Program-made: the position numbers and the translations under genes
Assembly (NCBI GenBank): GCA_002269645.1
Contig: NIVC01004747.1
Span: forward strand, 1 to 36,273
Length of the DNA: 36,273 nucleotides
Direction: 5' to 3'
From: Macrostomum lignano
Taxonomy: Eukaryota
Shown here: positions 32,253-36,273 of the stretch, piece by piece
Position numbering within the stretch: the stretch's first letter is position 1
Layout: each line of letters opens with the position of its first letter
The notes under the pieces: model-generated
Database searches by the model: none
Seen by the model: the letters and a program-made list of their open reading frames with translations, nothing else
What the model was told of the DNA's origin: nothing

Positions 32253-32867
32253 CTGAATCCGGTCGCTGCTCAAGTACAGCATATTCACTGTCAGGTTGTT
32301 GCCCGGCTCATCTTGGCCAATCGGAGCAGCAGCGACGCTGTTACCGGCTGTTTGCGCGCCTTTCCATCTGCTGCTCGGACTCCGATAGGCCGGCAGGCGG
32401 TTCAACCGGAACGCCGACGCCTGCGGGCCGCGGATCTCTAGTCGGACGGAGCAGCCGCTGATTTGTCCACGACCTGACGCGCCATCGGGGCCACATGGGC
32501 TCACCGTCGGCAGCTGGATCGTGAACTTGGCCGGCCGACCGACCACCGCTGATTGCAAGCCGATGCCGTGGGCCGAGCACTGGCGCACCAACTGGCGGAT
32601 CGCCCGATAGCCTAACGCATCGTCGTCGTCATCTTCGTTATCATCGGAGTTGTCTCGATCTTTGCTGTCGTTGTGCCTGGCGTTATTGACTCTCTGTTCG
32701 CCGAAGGCTCTCCTGCGTTGATGATGCTCTTGCTGTTGCTGCAGCTGCTGTAGTGACAGCAAGTCCGGTGATCGGACATTTTCAGCTTGGTGGCGGATCA
32801 TCAGCACCAGCTGGTAGACTTTGAAGTCGCTGGCTGACTGGGACATCTCCGTCGGCGTCACCACGCC
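32253..32867 (-). CDS. CH/filamin-repeat protein exon (end of CH domain, poly-Q/acidic linker, N-terminal half of the filamin repeat)
   Basis: Acceptor ttcctaaag|GGC and donor CAG|GTAAGC, both phase 0. VVTPTEM corresponds to filamin VITPEEI; CSAHGIGLQSAVVGRPAKFTIQ...IRGP is a filamin-repeat start. Confidence 0.82.
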
Positions 32868-33061
32868 CTTTAGGAATGGAAACAGGATCAAATTTTTAAA
32901 GGACGGTCTTCACTCGAACTGTGTTTAGGTTTTATTGAAAAGCCGCATCTTTGGCTGCTGTAAGGAGGTGCCAAAACCTTTTAAAAAGGGCGTGACATAC
33001 TTTTGCCTGTGTCTTTAAACATTATAATTCAAATAAATTGTTTACACCCGCTCTAATTGGG

Positions 33062-33283
33062 CCAGATGTGCAACCGACAGCTCAGCCGCAGCTATTGCGC
33101 AGCACATCTGAAGGATCCGTACGGCTGGTCATTCTGAGGACTGGGGGTCGCCACAGACCCTCAATTACCCCAGTTAATGCTGGCACCCATTTTACAGCTG
33201 GGTGAACGGAAGCAATGCAGAATAAAGTGTCTTGCTCAAGGACACAACTTGTTCCAGTGGGATCGGGAATCGCTGCAACCCCC
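33062..33283 (-). mobile_element. Second copy of the CORE-type SINE, with an internally deleted tRNA head, in an intron
   Basis: Reverse complement GGGGTTGCAGC|GATTCCCGATCCCACTGG...TGTCCTTGAGCAAGACAC...CTGCATTGCTTCCGTTCACCCAGCTGTAAAATGGG aligns to 8790-8950 except for a missing 45 nt. Confidence 0.8.
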
Positions 33284-33326
33284 TATAAAACAAAATATGT
33301 GCAAATAATTGAATCTGCTCCCACAC

Positions 33327-33688
33327 CTGAGGCAGCCGCAGGTGCTTGCAGGCGAGCCGCAGCCCGAGCTCGCAGTTGGTCACCCGCTGCGAAGGCTTTA
33401 GTGAGGTGTAGGGCGGGCAGCAGCCAGGCCGGAGGGCCTCCATCAGGGCGCACAGGGTGATGCCGTCAGCCCAGCAGGTAGAAAAATTGTGCACAGTGAA
33501 GTAAGGCAACTGGGCCTGAGCCCACTCCAGTAGCTGAGCCCGCTGCTGCCGTTCTGCAGTAGATTTCGACAGACAGGTATTGACGCGGCAGCATTGAATT
33601 GGTACCTCCCTTTTTAGAAAATGGGCAACCTTTTTGTAAGATTTTCTTTGTTTCTTGGAAAATAGTTGATCGACGAAGGCTTGCAATT
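33327..33688 (-). CDS. CH/filamin-repeat protein exon (calponin-homology domain); 5' boundary uncertain
   Basis: LLEWAQAQLPYFTVHNFSTCWADGITLCALMEALRPGCCP...NCELGLRLACKHLRLPQ resembles the filamin CH2 domain. Donor CAG|GTGTGG (33326); candidate acceptor gttaaaaaag|AA (33688). Confidence 0.82.
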
Positions 33689-35377
33689 CTTTTTTAACAA
33701 AGAAATAGAGCAGGAAAGATTTATAGCTACGGAGCGGAAGTCTTATAACAAAGAATTTAAGTTGTGCTAGCGCAGACACTTGACACATGATTTTATTGAT
33801 ACGCGTTGATCTGTCAGATTAGATTTTTTTATTTGGTAAGATACTACTTAATTATAGAAAATTCTTGTACACTACTTCTCTACTTTGTACTCGTAAGCTC
33901 GAAACTTTACAAGCGGTCGTATCGTTGAAAAGTCTTCTGTGTCCGTTCATCCATCCATCCAAAATGTGCTAAGATCTGAACATTGGACGAATTCACAAAC
34001 TGGAAATTTAGAATTTAGAGATTTCTGTAAGTGTAACGTGCCGTGGCTAAGGAGTTGTAAGGATTAAAATATTCCGAAAACATGCTTTTTCGCAAAGAGA
34101 AATTCTAAGCAGAACTTTTGACTATAAATGCACTACGAACCATTTTGTTTTGATGATTACATCATAAGGCAGTGTCAGTAAATTAGCTTTTAATTAATTG
34201 CATAACCATATTAACGCAGCGTGGCAGCATATCACAAGACTCCATTGCACCTTAGACTTGATTTATATTGTGCAACATGCATATTTTGAACTGTAATGGA
34301 AAACGATACTGACTAAGAAATTGATTACGTCATAACTGCTTCCTGTGATTTTACTCTAACCGACTTGATGTGAGACCTAATTTATGAGTGCTGCCCGCAA
34401 TGCATAATCATGAATTGACTGAAAGCTAGCCTAGGTGTAAACAGGTTGAGTTCACAGCAGACATAACGAAAGGGAAGAAAGGAAGCGTCATGTCAACCAT
34501 AAAATATGTATGTCAACTTTAAAAGAATCAACTACATGTTCATCTCTTGGGTTAGGGTTCAACCATTGAATCGCCCTGTCTAAAATGAAGCAATCATGGG
34601 GGAGCTGCTCAAATTCCAATGCTAATTGGGGGGGGGGGTTGCTGAAATGTCAAGACTCATGGGAAATTGCTGAGATATCAAGGGCCGAAGCTAGGGGTGC
34701 TGATATCTTAGGCTAGTAGATCGGAGGATGCTTTTTGCTTTAAACATCATTTTCGTTAAGAAACTAACGATAAAAGGTGAAAAACTTCAAGTAGCTAGTT
34801 TATTAAAAATAATTCCTTTCTTCTTTGCCTCCCCCAGATTGCTAGTCACTTTTTATAGCTCAAAAATTCTCTAATGCTCACTTTTACCGTAGCTAGTATC
34901 AAAGTTCCAAAGCCACTCTAGCTATGAAGTTTTTCATTTTTAAAAATAAAAAGAACTTGTTATGGTCAAGCACGCATTGAGTGGCAGATAGCCCCAGACA
35001 GGTTGACCTCCTCGACTGTCCTTGGGAGCTCGGATCAACGAACCCTTCCCCAACATGGTCCGAGCGATCAACTTCATCGATCGCTTTTCGTTCCCGGTTG
35101 GTATTTTTTTCTGAAGCATAGGCGAACGTAGCAAGCTAACTAAAGGCAAGTAGAGCACGAAGATTGGCGTTTGACGACATTGCTGTGGACCATAAAGTTT
35201 GAGCTTTAGCTTTTCTGCTTGTGGCTGGGTAATCATAAAAACAAACTTCTATTATATTGCGGTGCATTGCTGGTGAGGCAAACCAGCACCAGACAGAGTG
35301 ACCTCTGAGTTATTGCATTTTTTATTGTGGAATTTTCCATAGCTAGTGGATAAGGATACACTGCGTGCAAAAACCAA

Positions 35378-35944
35378 TGAGATGCAGCCCTCAAAATGGA
35401 TGAGATGCAGACCTCAAAATGAGATGCGGATGAGATGCCCACCTCAAAACGGATGAGATGCAGACCTCAAAACGGATGAGATGCAGACCTCAAAACGGAT
35501 GAGATGCAGACCTCAAAACGGACGAGATGCCCACCTCAAAACGGACGAGATGCCCACCTCAAAACGGACGAGATGCCCACCTCAAAACGGATGAGATGCA
35601 GACCTCAAAACGGACGAGATGCCCACCTCAAAACGGACGAGATGCCCACCTCAAAACGGACGAGATGCCCACCTCAAAACGGACGAGATGCCCACCTCAA
35701 AACGGATGAGATGCCCACCTCAAAACGGATGAGATGCCCACCTCAAAACGGATGAGATGCAGACCTCAAAACGGACGAGATGCCCACCTCAAAACGGATG
35801 AGATGCCCACCTCAAAACGGATGAGATGCCCACCTCAAAACGGATGAGATGCCCAACTCAAAACGGATGAGATGCCCACCTCAAAACGGATGAGATGCAG
35901 ACCTCAAAACGGATGAGATGCCCACCTCAAAACGGACGAGATGC
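35378..35944. repeat. 23-nt minisatellite GA(T/C)GAGATGC(CC/AG)ACCTCAAAACG, about 24 copies
   Basis: Direct inspection. Confidence 0.95.
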
Positions 35945-36273
35945 GTAACTCAAAAAAGTGGATGCATTTGTCCGAAACAGACAGCAAGCTCTACTAAATC
36001 AGCTTGTCTAAAGCTTTTAGTGATTCTGCATTTTTATTCACTGAAAAAACACTCAACACTGAATTATCAGCCTGGATCTTCGGATAGTTTGCCAGCTAAT
36101 TGCCTCTCAGTCATTTCCGATTCCGTACTATGCAAAAGTTTTGTTCTCCAAGACAAACTGTGAAAAGCACTAGCTGGACAGCTAGTGTTTTAGACCTCTG
36201 GGCCAATCGGCAGAGTCGTTTCGCAACGCTCACTTATTGAGCGGAGACCTTTCTCGATGATAATGCACCTGCT

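Noticed and set aside
8047-33688. Functional clustering of two actin-binding CH-domain genes
   Set aside because: They are ~21 kb apart with unrelated genes between them, and the CH domains are of different subtypes; chance adjacency is sufficient.
35008-35110. Possible upstream exon of the CH/filamin gene (ttcag|AAAA...GAG|GTCAAC)
   Set aside because: The phase can be made compatible with the 33688 acceptor, but the donor is weak and the peptide has no recognisable homology; RNA evidence is needed.

Overview
Eukaryotic (metazoan) genomic DNA with spliceosomal GT-AG introns. A free-living flatworm such as Macrostomum is only a guess from style (poly-Q coding, minisatellite-filled introns, a very short intron). 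Left (431-8655, minus strand): the 5' part of an IQGAP-family gene (CH domain, IQGAP repeats, degenerate WW, IQ motifs) whose introns are packed with minisatellites; it continues off the left edge. Middle (8.7-25 kb): AT-rich, transposon-dense DNA with a CORE-type tRNA SINE, a deeply nested cluster (TA-inserted TIR element > second TIR element > full-length dead mariner, a MULE-like foldback and a MITE), and four copies of an 8-bp-TSD DNA transposon family. Right: an intronless RPS25 CDS, a small putative membrane-protein ORF, more minisatellites, and a CH + filamin-repeat gene (minus strand) with a 42-nt coding repeat. The strongest signal is that every copy of the 8-bp-TSD family carries a ~60-nt piece of 28S rRNA spanning the R2 / I-PpoI / Pokey target site, with the flanks conserved and the cut-site core replaced differently in each copy. 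Other highlights: two mutually complementary intronic arrays bracketing an in-frame exon block, IQ motifs hidden across three reading frames, and a possible CAG/CTG-context C-to-T mutation signature. Most long ORFs in the supplied track are artefacts of tandem repeats. All alignments and counts were done by eye.
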